In this document: positions 28,601 through 44,649 of the stretch, piece after piece | How the letters are laid out: the number at the start of each line of letters is the position of its first letter | How positions within the stretch are numbered: the stretch's first letter is position 1 | Notes under the pieces: model-generated | Told to the model about the DNA's origin: nothing | Databases searched by the model: none | What the model saw: only the letters and a program-made list of their open reading frames with translations | Source of the DNA: Octopus vulgaris | Taxonomy: Eukaryota | DNA length: 64,000 nt | Assembly: GCA_951406725.2 (NCBI GenBank) | Contig: OX597817.1 | Coordinates: 167,586,001-167,650,000, forward strand | Reading direction: 5' to 3' | Translations under genes and position numbers: made by a program

Positions 28601-29068
28601 AGTAGATAAATGAATTATCTTATTACGGATAATTCGAAAGATAACCGATACCTGGGTAGCAAACTCACAACAGAAAGAACACGGTTGAAGCTACGACCAT
28701 AGGGCATGAACTCCGTGCCTTAGTGCGGAAATCTGAAGTTTAATTTAATATAATAAGTATAGGAAAGAATGGAGCTGAGCAAAGTTTTAACAAAATTCCT
28801 TTATTTTATTTTCGACATATGTTTCGAAGTCTGCAAAATTCCTAATTCCGAATGAATAAGGAGTCCATTATGCAGCTTTCTCTTCATGAAAATCCAGGAA
28901 CTTCTTTCGCCAACAAAATGCACAACAAGGATTTTCCTGAAGAGAAAGCTGCATAATGGACTCCTTAGTCACTCGGAATTAGGGACTTTGCAGACTTCGA
29001 AACATATGTCGAAAATAAAATAAAGGAATTTTGTTAAATCTTCGCTCAGCTCCATTCTTTCCTATACT

Positions 29069-29072
<4 letters not shown>
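28598..29072 (-). mobile_element. Penelope-like fold-back element in (TA)n
   Basis: Inverted arms ~28752-28895 / 28929-29072; homologous to 33270-33562. Confidence 0.75.
28931..29016 (+). ncRNA. type-I hammerhead ribozyme
   Basis: attttc-CTGAAGA-G..CTGCA..TGCAG..C-GAAA-C(ATAT)G-TC-gaaaat; 6-bp stem I and a GUC cleavage triplet. Confidence 0.8.
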
Positions 29073-29157
<85 letters not shown>

Positions 29158-29160
<3 letters not shown>

Positions 29161-29433
29161 TGTATGCTACACGTCGCCGGTCACAATGCGCTTCGCATTG
29201 TTTTAGCTTTCAAATGACGCCACTCCGCTGGCTAGGCGAGCAGGCCAACAGAAGATAGAGTGAAAGTTGTGTCGAAAGAGTACAGCAGGGATCGCCACCA
29301 TCCCCTGTCGGAGCCTCGTGGAGCTTTTTAGGTGTTTTTGCTCAATAAGCACTCACAACGCCCGGTCTGGGAATCGAAACCGCGATCCAACGACCGCGAG
29401 TCTGCTGCCCTAACCACTGGGCCATTGCGCCTC
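29158..29433 (-). mobile_element. SINE family C with a third tail type
   Basis: C head; 3' part differs from the other C copies. Confidence 0.75.
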
Positions 29434-29486
<53 letters not shown>

Positions 29487-29499
29487 TTTATGTAAGTAT

Positions 29500-29909
29500 A
29501 CTCTTTTACTCTCTTTTACTCTTACTTGTTTCAGTCATTTGACTGCGGCCATGCTGGAGCACCTCCTTTAGTCGAGCAAATCGACCCCGGGACTTATTCT
29601 TTGTAAGCCCAGTACTTATTCTATCGGTCCCTTTTACCGAACCGCTAAGTGACGTGGACATAAACACACCAGCATCGATTGTCAAGCAATGCTAGGGGGA
29701 CAAACACAGACACACAAACACACACACACATACATATACATATATACGACAGGCTTCTTTCAGTTTCCGTCTACCAAATCCACTCACAAGGCATTGGTCG
29801 GCCCGGGGCTATAGCAGAAGACACTTGCCCAAGATGCCACGCAGTGGGACTGAACCCGGAACCATGTGGTTGGTTAGCAAGCTACTTACCACACAGCCAC
29901 TCCTGCGCC
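29500..29909 (-). mobile_element. SINE family A, full length
   Basis: Match to the family. Confidence 0.85.
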
Positions 29910-30450
29910 TCATACGTATATATGTATGTATGTCATTATTCAGTTTTATTTCAAGATTTCATGCCACTAGAGAAAGAGTCGGTTTCTAACCTAGATCCAA
30001 GGCTCCTTAATTGGAATTTCAACATTAACAACAAGGTATTTTTGTTTGTATGTACGTAGGTATGTATTTGTATACATTATACAAATACATGCCACTGGCC
30101 ACTTTGAGCTATTTCTCTAAACTCATTTTTGCTAAATTTATGCACATTACCGAGGCCATGTTTCCCTCAACTCTTAGTTGTATAACTCCTTTGTCGACCG
30201 GAGATAAGACCAGAACAATTGTGCTAACGACGGCGATCGAGGCAGAAGCATGAATTCACGACGATCTTCATCTCCAGACGAGAAGCCAGTGCTTTTCCTT
30301 CGTGATATGTCAATTGTGGAGAAAATCCTGATTGCTGATCTTACTTCTCCTTCTCGAGTGGTGCTGGTCTTAATTGTCATTTAGTTATCCTAATACATCC
30401 GGTAGAGGCGGAGATAAGTCTAATGAATGAAGCACTTCATTTTAGTTCAC

Positions 30451-30485
<35 letters not shown>

Positions 30486-30492
30486 CACACAT

Positions 30493-30523
<31 letters not shown>

Positions 30524-31089
30524 GATCCTGTCTGTCTAACAAGAGACTGACTCGGCTAAAGTAAGATATCACTACTCTACCATGGCATTGAGTACCACAT
30601 ATATCCGTTTAGTCCAGTTAATACTAAACGGATTTATATGTACATATATAGCAGAACCTATAAAGTGATACATAAGCCCGCAACTATGAGTGCATTGCAT
30701 CTGGTAGCAGAAACAGCTGTTAGCTAATGGGGTTCATTTCATAGTTTCTTGTTTCCTAGTCATTTAAATTATCTCTTTTTGCGCTCGGTAATCGCCTAAA
30801 GCTTTTTCTGAAGCATATGCAAATTGAGTTCTAACACCAAGTTATTAGAAACATTAAGCTTAAGCGAAATATTGGCTTGTGGGGGGGGTATGTTTGTGTG
30901 TGTGTGTGTTTATATATATATCATTTTTTTTTTGTCTTTTACTTCTTTCAATCATTAGATTGCGGCCATGCTGGGGCATCGATTTGAAGAATTTTTAGTC
31001 GATTGAATCGACCCCTGTGCTTATGATTTTTTTAGCCTGGTACTTATTCAGTCGGTCAGCTTTGCCGAACCGCTAAGTTAGGGGGACGG

Positions 31090-31154
<65 letters not shown>

Positions 31155-31165
31155 GGATGGATAGA

Positions 31166-31223
<58 letters not shown>

Positions 31224-31294
31224 GGCAGACAGACAGGCAGACAGACAGGCAGACAGACAGGCAGACAGACAGATATATATATATATATATATAT

Positions 31295-31344
<50 letters not shown>

Positions 31345-31403
31345 GGATAGATAGACAGATAGATATGTGTACTCATAGGTGAATATATACGTATGTATGT
31401 ATG

Positions 31404-31437
<34 letters not shown>

Positions 31438-31899
31438 CGTATGTATGTATGTATGTACGTATGTATGTATGTATGTATGTATGTATGTATGTATGTATGT
31501 ATGTACGTATGGACGTGGGCATTTCTAGGTATATATATATCACCTATTGAGTTTATCCGTGTGTCGCCAGCTTCCGTGTCCTCTAACATTCATCATAAAA
31601 CACGTGTGGGTGTAGGTTTCTAACAACTGCTAGAGTAGCTCACAGATGCCGATGAATGATGCACGCATGCGCAGATGTACAGGGCTGCCTTGTCGTCTGT
31701 CGAACTGTATATTTAGACATTGATGCACGCGCGCCCTAGCAAACATTTGCATGTGATGTTTCGTTATTATATATGAGTGTGCGTGTCTTTGCTACATATG
31801 TCTGTTTATAACTGTATACCGTTAATACAATACACACATGGTCAGAGTTTTTTGTGTTTAAGTGCGTGTGTGTCTTTTTCATCACTGCCTTCTCTCTAT

Positions 31900-31958
<59 letters not shown>

Positions 31959-32009
31959 ATCTATGTATGTACGATTGTATATAGATAGACAGATAGATTG
32001 ACAGATGAA

Positions 32010-32051
<42 letters not shown>

Positions 32052-32091
32052 TACATCTGTCATATATATATATAACACACACATACAACTG

Positions 32092-32139
<48 letters not shown>

Positions 32140-32148
32140 CGATTGTAT

Positions 32149-32202
<54 letters not shown>

Positions 32203-32205
32203 GCG

Positions 32206-32258
<53 letters not shown>

Positions 32259-32264
32259 TTTCTC

Positions 32265-32653
32265 TCTTTTTCTCTCTTTTACTTGTTTCAGTCATTTGAC
32301 TGCGGACATGCTGGAGCACCGCCTTTAATCGAGCAACTCGACCCCGGGACTTATTCTTTTGTTAGCCCAGTACTTATTCTATCGGTCTCTTTTGCCGAAC
32401 CGCTAAGTAACGGGGACATAAGCACACCAGTATTGGTTGTCAAGCAATGCTAGGGGGACAAATACAGACACACAAATACAGACACATATATACGACGGGC
32501 TTCTTTCAGTTTCCGTCTACCAAATCCACTCACAAGGCTTTGGTCGGCCCGAGGCTATAGTAGAAGACACTTGCCCAAGGTGTCACGCAGTGGAACTGAA
32601 CCCGGAACCATGTGGTTGGTAAACAAGCTACTTACCACACAGCCACTCCTGCG
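32265..32653 (-). mobile_element. SINE family A, full length
   Basis: Match to the family. Confidence 0.85.
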
Positions 32654-32703
32654 CATATATATATTTATTAATATATATATATATATATATACCCTTATAT
32701 TTA

Positions 32704-32783
<80 letters not shown>

Positions 32784-32789
<6 letters not shown>

Positions 32790-33557
32790 AATTGAAGAAA
32801 TGGAGTTGAACGAAGATTGAACAGAAATTATTAGGAAGAAATAGGAATTCCGTTGGCAGAACAAAAACAGAACAGAGGCGCAGCAAAACAAATCGAACGA
32901 GGAGGCTCCTAAGAGCCCATGGCCAAACTGTTTATCAATATGTTGAAATGGGGTGGTGGGTGCGTTGAAGATATTTACAGGTCAGGCAGCGGTCAATCCG
33001 GTGGGTGAGAGCACGGGGTGCGTAGTTGAAGATATTTACAGGTCAGGCAGCGGTCAATCCGGTGGGTGAGAGCACGGGGTGCGTATCTACGCACCCCGTG
33101 CTCTCACCCACCGGATTGACCGCTGCCTGACCTGTAAATATCTTCAACGCACCCACCACCCCATTTCAACATACATTGATAAACAGTTTGGCCATGGGCT
33201 CTTAGGAGCCTCCTCGTTCGATTTGTTTTGCTGCGCCTCTGTTCTGTTTTTGTTCTGCCAACGGAATTCCTATTTCTTCCTGAAGAGAAAGACACAATAT
33301 GGGCTCCTTATTCAATCGGAATTTGGTAAATTGTGGCTTTCGAAACACGTGTAGAATGCAATAAAAGGATTTCTGTTCAATCTTCGTTCAACTCCATTTC
33401 TTCAATTCACTAATAATATTAAAATTTAATTATCCGCACCAACGCACGGTTGCAACACCATATGGTTGTACCTCCAACCGTGCTTTCTTCTGCTGCGATT
33501 TTTGCTACCAAGGTATCGGTTAAACTTTTGATTAATCTGCACAAGATAAATTCATCT

Positions 33558-33562
<5 letters not shown>
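32784..33562 (+). mobile_element. Neptune/Penelope-like fold-back element
   Basis: Long inverted arms centred at ~33086, hammerhead at 33277-33356, residual PC...RCLTCKY Cys motif, ends TCTTTC-(TA)n. Confidence 0.75.
33277..33356 (+). ncRNA. type-I hammerhead ribozyme
   Basis: ttc-CTGAAGA-GAAAG.CACAAT..ATTGTG.CTTTC-GAAA-C(ACGT)G-TA-gaa. Confidence 0.75.
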
Positions 33563-33999
<437 letters not shown>

Positions 34000-34057
34000 T
34001 GCACACACCATACATATACACACATATATATAATAACTACGTATGTATGCATATAAG

Positions 34058-34228
34058 CGTGGCTGTGTGGTAAGAAGTTTCTTTCCCAACCACAAGGCTC
34101 CGGGTTCAGTCCTACTGCGTGACACCTTGGTAAAGTGTCGTGTACTATAGCCTCGGGCCGACCAAAGCCTTCCTGGATGGAACTGGAAGACGAACACCGA
34201 AAGAATACCGTCGTATACGTCTGTGTGC

Positions 34229-34287
<59 letters not shown>

Positions 34288-34430
34288 TGTGTGTGTGTAT
34301 GTTTGTGTGTATGTAGGTTCGGCAGAAAACAACCAATAGTATAAGTAACAGGCTTTAAGGAGAAAAAAAAAGCACTGGGGGGATTCGTTCGACTAGTTCA
34401 CCAAAAGTAGTGCCCCAGCATGGCTGAAAC
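34058..34430 (+). mobile_element. divergent SINE family A
   Basis: Head GCGTGGCTGTGTGGTAAG, B-box and shortened tail. Confidence 0.7.
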
Positions 34431-34435
34431 AATAT

Positions 34436-34748
<313 letters not shown>

Positions 34749-34754
34749 CGTGCG

Positions 34755-34988
34755 TGCATATGTTTGTGTGTCTGTGTTTGTCCCCACAACATCGCTTGAC
34801 AACCAATGCTGGTGTGTTTACGTCCCCGCAACTTAGCGGTTCGGCAAAGAGACCGATAGAATAGGTACTAGGCTTAGAAAGAATAAGTCCTGGGGTCGAT
34901 TTGCTCGACTAAAGACGGTGCTCCAGCGTGGCCATAGTCAAATGACTGAAACAATTAAAAGAGTAAAAGAGTAAAAGAGTAAAAGAGA
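34755..34988 (+). mobile_element. SINE family A, 3' half
   Basis: Match to the family. Confidence 0.8.
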
Positions 34989-34992
34989 TATG

Positions 34993-35078
<86 letters not shown>

Positions 35079-35678
35079 ACTAAATACGGTGTATAAAGTC
35101 TTATTTTTGCTACTGTTGTGGCTGGGTTCCAACTCGGGCTTTTTTCTGGGTTTTTTTTTTTTTACCTTGAATAAATTAATACTGACAAGGGTTACTTACT
35201 CTTCCTGTAGGTTGCATTTCCTCATTAGTAGAGACAGGATCTCTTCCGGTGAAGCAGAAATTGCGTGGATCCACCGCATACATACTTTCTGCAATTCAAA
35301 GCATCCACCACCGCATGGTGACCTCCCGGATATTTTATCATTGAAGTTTACTCCTCTTGGCATGTTTGGTCCGAAACTGTTTATTTTTATATTCACTGCT
35401 AGCCTGCATAGCTGAAGGCCTTTCCCTTATCCGCCTCCTGAAGTTCTGGTTCATGGAAGTTTTGTCTCCATACCAGGGCTTACCAGAAGATGGTTTGGGT
35501 CAGTCCTCCCACCCACCTTAGGGTCCACCCACCGGATTTTCTGTAGGGGGTTTACTCCCTTAGCCTTTCACACTCCCGTCTGTATAAGCAGAAAAAGAAA
35601 AAAAGTCATATATATAGGTGCTTGTTCAAACTGTGTATGTGCGCATGTATAAGTGTGTGTATGTGTGAGGTTAAGTGT

Positions 35679-35726
<48 letters not shown>

Positions 35727-35766
35727 AAACAGATAACGGATAAGTGGCTGGATAGCCGAAAGACTT

Positions 35767-36660
<894 letters not shown>

Positions 36661-36699
36661 TATTGTACTCTTTTGAAACATGGACAGTTTATCATCTAT

Positions 36700-36950
36700 T
36701 AGAATGCACTCATAAAAAAAACTTTTTGAGACACATACTCAACATCAAATGACTGAAGTCCTTGCAAAGGCAATATGCACAAGCATTCAGTCACTCATCA
36801 TATATACTCAGATGCGTTGGGTAGGCCATGTCGTCCCTTTGAAAGATAATTGGATTCCAAAGCTGTTATTCTGCGGTAAGCTGCGCATCCTCAGCACAAA
36901 CTACAAAATGGTCCGAAGACTGCATTAAGGAAATCAGAAGGTTGCCTCTA
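36700..36950 (+). pseudogene. RTE-clade RT C-terminal fragment
   Basis: SIQSLIIYTQMRWVGHVVPLKDNWIPKLLFCGKL matches the RTE QLRWxGHV..PK.LL.GEL motif. Confidence 0.75.
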
Positions 36951-36975
36951 ATGTAGCTTTTGAACCCGCTACTAA

Positions 36976-37447
<472 letters not shown>

Positions 37448-37628
37448 TAGAATTCATAAAAAAAACAAACAAAAGACGAAGACAGGTGGTGTAGACAAGA
37501 AACAGATGTATTAGTATAACGCTTGGGAAGTGAAAAAGCCTTTAACGTTTCGAGCCTACGTTCTTCTACAGAAAGGAACACAGAAAGAAAATAAATGTGT
37601 AGTGGCTAGCGATCTATCATGGCGAATG
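37448..37628 (-). mobile_element. Penelope-like terminal fragment with variant hammerhead (37539-37576)
   Basis: ccttt-CTGTAGA-A-GAAC(gtag)GCTC-GAAA-CG-TTA-aagg. Confidence 0.6.
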
Positions 37629-38484
37629 ATATACATACATACATACATACATACATACATACATACATACATACATGCATGCATACATACATACATACAT
37701 TCATACATACATACATACATACATACATACATACATACATACATACATACATTCATACATACATACATACATTCATACATACATACATACATACATACAT
37801 ACATACATACATACATACATACATACATACATACATACATACATACATACATACATACATACATACATACATACATACACATACATACATACATACACAT
37901 TAGCGTGTGAATAATTCCTGTCGTGTGATATGGCGGTGGAGGGAAAATAACAAAATGTAAAGAAAAAGCAAAAACGAAAAATACTCATTCAACCAATTAT
38001 CTGTCTCTTTTTTTTGCCATTGAATTATTTTACCATTCCAACCCATGGCCACCCTTCTTCATTCCTCTTCCATTAAAACACACACTTCTTTCCCACTTCT
38101 ACTTATTCGTGTTTTCTTTTTCTACCGCCATTTTTTTTTTTGCTGTTCTTTGCTTTCTTTTTTCTTCTTATTCTTCCTTTTCTTTCCTTTCTTTTCATTC
38201 CATTTTTTTTTTATTTTCCTTTTTATTTATTTATTTTATTTTGTGTCCCCCCCCCCTTTATCTCACTTTCTCTCCACCATCGTACTTTCCGGGAGGAATT
38301 CTATATATAGATGTGGAAATTCCGTCCATCCTTTAGTTATAATTGTCCTAAAGACGCTCTGCGCCCACAGGCGAAACTCAGACAAGAACCTGACTCGAAC
38401 AGGATAAAAATATTAATCTCTGCTATCGTATCACCTACCTTTTTTTTCTCTACAGTGAGAACTAAATGTACATGCGTGTGTATG

Positions 38485-38535
<51 letters not shown>

Positions 38536-38663
38536 GTGTGCGTGCGTATGTGTGTGTGTGTGCGTATGTATAGGTATGTATCAATAGAAATAACTACTGC
38601 TATTGGTGTAGAAATAGGTACAATACATATATATATACATACATACATACATACATACATACA

Positions 38664-38710
<47 letters not shown>

Positions 38711-38711
38711 G

Positions 38712-38756
<45 letters not shown>

Positions 38757-38917
38757 TGACATACACACACTCACACAACACACACACACACATATACACA
38801 CACACATATATATATACAAAGAGAGAGAGAGAGAGAGGCAGGCAGACAGACAGACGGATATATTACATGGAAATTTAAGACTGTCTGGTGAAAACAATTG
38901 AACTGAAATTAGATGCA

Positions 38918-38956
<39 letters not shown>

Positions 38957-38996
38957 ACATACATGTTTGTGTGCGTGTGTGTGTGTGTAGAATATA

Positions 38997-39098
<102 letters not shown>

Positions 39099-39592
39099 CA
39101 TATACATATATATACCTATATATTCGCGTGAGTTCTTCATCGTATGCGTGTGTAACCTGCCGGTGTACAAGGGGAACGATCTAATGATCGTCTATTTATC
39201 ACTGTCACCTTAGCAACAGTTATATTATTCGTGGGTTGCACGTAGGCGCCGACCTGTTTAATGAGTTTCATACTTTGCAGGCAGTGAATGTGTCTCAATT
39301 GGACTGCAGAGAAGCATGCAACGTCTCCATGGACCCGTCACCGTTACTACGCGTATGCGCAGTTCTCCGTGCTACTACGTACATATTTTATTCAATGCGT
39401 GTGTTCTTTGTTTTACCTTCTGTTGCTGGCTCTGATGCGTGCAAGTTTGATAAGAGAAAAAAAAATACGGTTAGACAGATACGGGTAGATAGGTATTTAG
39501 ATTAGTAGATAGCTGAAAGAGAGAGACATGTGATTATATATTCACAATTACAGGAGACTAAAGATGATGTCAAGCAACACTTGTCACAGGTA

Positions 39593-39626
<34 letters not shown>

Positions 39627-39741
39627 TCTATGTGTGTGTGTGTGTGTGTATGTGCGTGTGTATTTTGTGTGTATGTATAGTGAGAGGGGGGTGAGAAAGA
39701 GAGAGAGAGAAACGAATAGAAAGTTAGACAAACAGATGTAA

Positions 39742-39838
<97 letters not shown>

Positions 39839-39850
39839 CAGATAGACAGC

Positions 39851-39920
<70 letters not shown>

Positions 39921-39968
39921 AACGGACTCACTGACAAACAGACAGACAGACAGAAAGACAGAGAGGTG

Positions 39969-40088
<120 letters not shown>

Positions 40089-40136
40089 AACGGACTCACT
40101 GACAAACAGACAGACAGACAGAAAGACAGAGAGGTG

Positions 40137-40242
<106 letters not shown>

Positions 40243-40269
40243 CACACACACACACAGGTAGATAGATAA

Positions 40270-40305
<36 letters not shown>

Positions 40306-40561
40306 CTCTTTTACTGGTTTTAGTCTATGGTCTGCAGTCATGCTACTGCACCACCTTAAAGAGGTTAATCGATCATAGCAACTCTAGTAATTATTTTGAA
40401 GTTTGGTACGTATTGTATCGATTTTATTTGCCGATCCGTACAGTTACTGGTACATAAGCAAACCAACAACGGTCATCGAGCACTGAAAGACATACACATA
40501 GACGCACACACAAGCATACGTACAAACACGCATTCCCTTTCACATATACATACATGCATTC

Positions 40562-40609
<48 letters not shown>

Positions 40610-40681
40610 GTGTGTCTGTGTGTGTGAGAGTCTGTATGTCTGTGTGTCCATGTGCATGCATGTATGTGTGTGTGTGTGTGT

Positions 40682-40897
40682 GTGAATGTTTGTGTGTCTG
40701 CGTTTGTCCCCCCATCATCGCTTGACAATCGATGCTGGTGCGTTTACGTCCCCGTAACTTAGCAGTTCAGCAAAACAGACCGATAGAATAAGTACTAGGC
40801 TTAGAAAGAATAAGTCTTGGGGTCGATTTGCTCGACTAAAAGCGGTGCTCCAGCATGGCCACAGTCAAATGACTGAAACAAGTAAAAGAGTAAAAAG
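40682..40897 (+). mobile_element. SINE family A, 3' half
   Basis: Match to the family. Confidence 0.8.
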
Positions 40898-41269
40898 GGA
40901 GTACTGTAGAAGCATGACCAATTTATTGAACATAAATTTTAACAACAAAATAGGATATGGAACCCCAAGGGTCATATATATCACGATTGTGAACCAATGC
41001 ATTTAGAGTGTCGGACAAAACACCTTGATGGACCTTACCTTTCATTCTTCCGGCGATCGAAAATATAAGTTTCTGTGAAATAAGAACTTTGTGACCCTTT
41101 CGGTCATGGGATTGCACCTGGAAAGTTACCCTCCCAGGCAAGGTTGTTTATGGAAGACCAGCAGTCGCCCATGCATACCAGCCTTCCCTCTCCATGCCAC
41201 CAATGTCATCCAAGGGAAAGGCAAAGGCCTATACAGCTTGGCACAAGTGAGGTCGCAGCTCATTTATTA

Positions 41270-41541
41270 GCGTGCAGGTGGCTGAGCACTCCACAGATAC
41301 GTGTTCCCTTAACGTAGTTCTCAGGGAGATTCAGCGTATCACAGAGGGTGACAAGGCTGGCCCTTTGAAATACAAATACAACAGAAACAGGAAGAATAAG
41401 TGAGAGAAAGTTGTGATGAAAGAATACAGCAGGGTTCGCCACCACCCCCTGCCGGAGTCTCGTGGAGCTTTAGATGTTTTCGCTCAATAAACACTCACAA
41501 TGCCCGGTATGGGAATCGAAACCGCGATCCTACGACCGCGA
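41270..41541 (-). mobile_element. SINE family C fragment
   Basis: Match to 12683-13052. Confidence 0.75.
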
Positions 41542-42564
41542 GGAAATAAGAACTAAGCTCGATAAAACTGTTCTCTTTTCTTAAAATGTCCGCTGTTCTA
41601 TTTTTAAGACGCCAGCATTTACTTCCATTGACAAAGGTAATGTGAAGTGCCATCTTGTCCACGTGAGATGACGTCAGATGAAAGTGCTGTGACGGCCGTC
41701 CATGTGTATTTTTGTACTGTTTGATTGAAATGGTGCGCATGTTAAGTATGCCTATACTTGTATAATGCACGTATTTAGTGTGTGTGTATGTGTGTGTGTG
41801 TGTGTGTGTGGTTTGAGTCAGTCCTCCCACCTACCTTAGGGTCCACCCACCGGATTTTCTGTAGGGGGTTTACTCCCTTAGCCTTTCACACTCCCGTCTG
41901 TATAAGCAGAAAAAGAAAAAAGTCATATATACAGGTGCGTGTTCAAACTGTGTATGTGCGCATGTATAAGTGTGTGTATGTGTGAGGTTAAGTGTGTGTG
42001 TGTGTGTGTGTGTGTGTGTCTGGGTGTGTGTATATGTGTACGTGTGATTGTGTTTGTGCGTGTGTATATTCTTGTTGTGGTTGTGTATTTTTGCAGTGTG
42101 TTTACTGCGTTTACATTGTTGTCATAGTAACAGATGCTGTTATTGTTGTTACCGTTCTTGTCGTTGTTGTTGTTTAGCTTCAGATACGCACTAATTGAGC
42201 AGATACGCACTAATTCAGATACGCACTAATTGAGCAGACCGGTGATCAAAGGTAGCATTCCAGTTCTGGCCATCTTGCCTTTTCAAGTATCTAAGACTAC
42301 AATGTCTTAATCTGCGTTCCATTTTTAATGTTGTAGAGTGTGATTCCAGACAAATTTAACTGCTATGTCTTGCAGTTAGAGCAGCCATGAATATCTCGGC
42401 GCATATTCACTATGTGCCCTAAGTAGGCGTACTTTTTTTTACCTCCGCAATTTCTTCGCTTCCCATTCCTGTTCGGCCTTGTGCTACGTTTTTGGTTGGT
42501 TTTCGTGTTTCATTTTAAGACCTCTTGATAAGTTCTGAGTCACTATACTCTATAAGCAGAAGCT

Positions 42565-43138
42565 CGGCGAGCTGGCAGAATCGTTAGCACGCCGGGCGAA
42601 ATGCGTAGCCGTATTGCGTCTGCCGTTACGTTCTGAGTTCAAATTCCGCCGAGGTCGACTTTGCCTTTCATCCTTTCTGGGTCGATAAATTAAGTAGCAG
42701 TTACGCACTGGAGTCGATGTAATCGACTTAATCCGTTTATCTGTCCTTGTTTATCCCCTCTGTGTGTAGCCCCTTCTGGGTAGTAAAGAAATAGGTATTT
42801 CGTCTGTCTTATGTTCTGAGTTCAAATTCCGCCCAGGTCGACTTTGCCTTTCATCCTTTCGGGGTCGATTAAATAAGTACCAGTTACGCACTGGGGTCGA
42901 TGTAATCGACTTAATCCGTTTGTCTGGCCTTGTTTGTCCCCTCTGCGTTTAGCCCCTTGTGGATAGTAAAGAAATGGGTATTTCGTCTGTCTTTACGCTC
43001 TAAGTTCAAATTCCGCCGAGGTCGACTTTGCTTTTCATCCTTTCGGGGTCAATAAACCAGTTGCGTGCCGGGGTCGATCTAATCTCATGGGCCCCTCTCC
43101 CCCAAAATTTCGGGCCTTGTGCCTAGAGTAGAAAAGAG
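42565..43138 (+). mobile_element. family B SINE trimer
   Basis: head-core-tail1-core-tail1-core-tail2; flanked by TATACTCTATA. Confidence 0.8.
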
Positions 43139-43177
43139 TATACTCTATAGCTGGTCTATGGTTTCAGCGATGGGTCC

Positions 43178-43669
43178 AGTCATCTGCCAGTCGGAGGTAT
43201 GTTAGTTGCTCGCCATTGATGTTCACGTCACTTCTCAAGTGAATCTCCTTGATGATTATTTCCAGATATGCGTTAAAGAGATTTTGGGAGATGGTGTCTC
43301 CTTGCTTGACACCCTTCTCAATTGAGACCCATACTTGTAGTGATAGTAGAGCTATATCTGATGTACATCCAGAGTTCGCGTTTCTGAGTGGTTAGATGTA
43401 TAGTGCCTCGACACCTTGCATCTCTAGAGATTCTAACATTGCGTTCATCTCGACGCTATCGAAGGCCTTTTCGTAATCAACAAAAGCAATACACAGAGGA
43501 AACTTGTATTCGTTCGTTTGTTTTATGAGCTGTGTTAGAGGGAATATGTAATCTATCATACTATAGTTCTCACGGAAACCTGCTTGCTGTTGGCCGCTGA
43601 GGTATTTTGATAATCTGATAGTATGGCGTTAATAAACAGATTATAGAGGTGAGACGGGAGGCATATGGA
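43178..43669 (-). pseudogene. RTE-clade reverse transcriptase fragment (not in the ORF track)
   Basis: PICLPSHLYNLF / QAGFRENYSMIDYIF...FVDYEKAFDSVE...KGVKQGDTISQNLF...INGEQLTYLRLADD, with a stop and a frameshift. Confidence 0.9.
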
Positions 43670-43699
43670 GATTTAGATTTTATATCTTTGTGTGTGTGT

Positions 43700-43748
<49 letters not shown>

Positions 43749-43774
43749 TGTGTGTGTGTGTGTGTGTGTACTTG

Positions 43775-44020
43775 CAAAAACATCACAAAAAAATTGCTAC
43801 TCAGTGTTTCATGTTTCCGTTCGTCGAGCATTTGTGATCATTCTTAATCATTGTTGATCACAACCGCCCGAAGAACGGGAACGTGAAACTCCGAGTAGCA
43901 GTTTCTTTGTGATATTTTTGTGATGTTTTTCAGCTTTAATAATAATGTATATTATTCTACCTCCGGTATTTGAGTACTATTTCATTCCGCCTTGTTTCAC
44001 ATTTATGGGCTTACTTAGGT
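43775..44020 (+). mobile_element. diverged fold-back element with variant hammerhead (43866-43899)
   Basis: gc-CCGAAGA-ACG(GGAA)CGT-GAAA-CTC.GAG-TA-gc; inverted arm at ~43775-43842. Confidence 0.5.
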
Positions 44021-44436
44021 GTTGCAACATCTATATTCCTCCCTGTGCCTGTGAAATCTTGTATCTCTGCCGCTAGCTTAACTTAATTCGTTCTTAGTCG
44101 AAAGACACCTGTTGTTATGTCCTGTTATTTGTAATCGAACTCATGAAAAGAAAACTCGAATGACCGTCTTGTTTTCTTTGTATCATCTATCTGGATGTTT
44201 GTTGTCCCTGTTTTGTATCCTAACTGTCTGGATATTTTGTTAATAATTTATTTTATTACCCTTTTTACTATGTTTACATATTGCTCGATAAATTTGCTCG
44301 TAGACCTTCTACCGGCATCCTCTCTGTTCGCCGGGTATGTTTTGCGTCTGCGCACTGGTCTGAAAAGTTAGAGAACGCAAGTCGTTAGAATCGCACATGC
44401 TTCTAACGATATGTACTTCTAGGATAACAAAGGCTG

Positions 44437-44509
44437 CTTGCTGAAGAGTCTAGCCTTGGCAGATAAATTATATTCATCTGCTAAAAAAAGGACGAAACTG
44501 CAGTACAAG
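44437..44509 (+). ncRNA. type-I hammerhead ribozyme
   Basis: cttg-CTGAAGA-GTC..(GGCAGAT/ATCTGCT extension)..GAC-GAAA-C(TGCA)G-TA-caag; ~100 bp upstream of a TA tract. Confidence 0.8.
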
Positions 44510-44600
44510 ATGAGCTGAGTTTGTAAACGTTTTTGATTTTCATTTCATGAATTTGTCCTCTTTTTGTGTATCTAGTACTTGGTTCTTCTTTTAGATGCGT

Positions 44601-44649
<49 letters not shown>

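Noticed and set aside
28690-28722. LRP*GMN resembling a GIY-YIG C-terminal motif
   Set aside because: It lies antisense to the element's inferred orientation, contains a stop and is not kept in the homologue at 33421-33480
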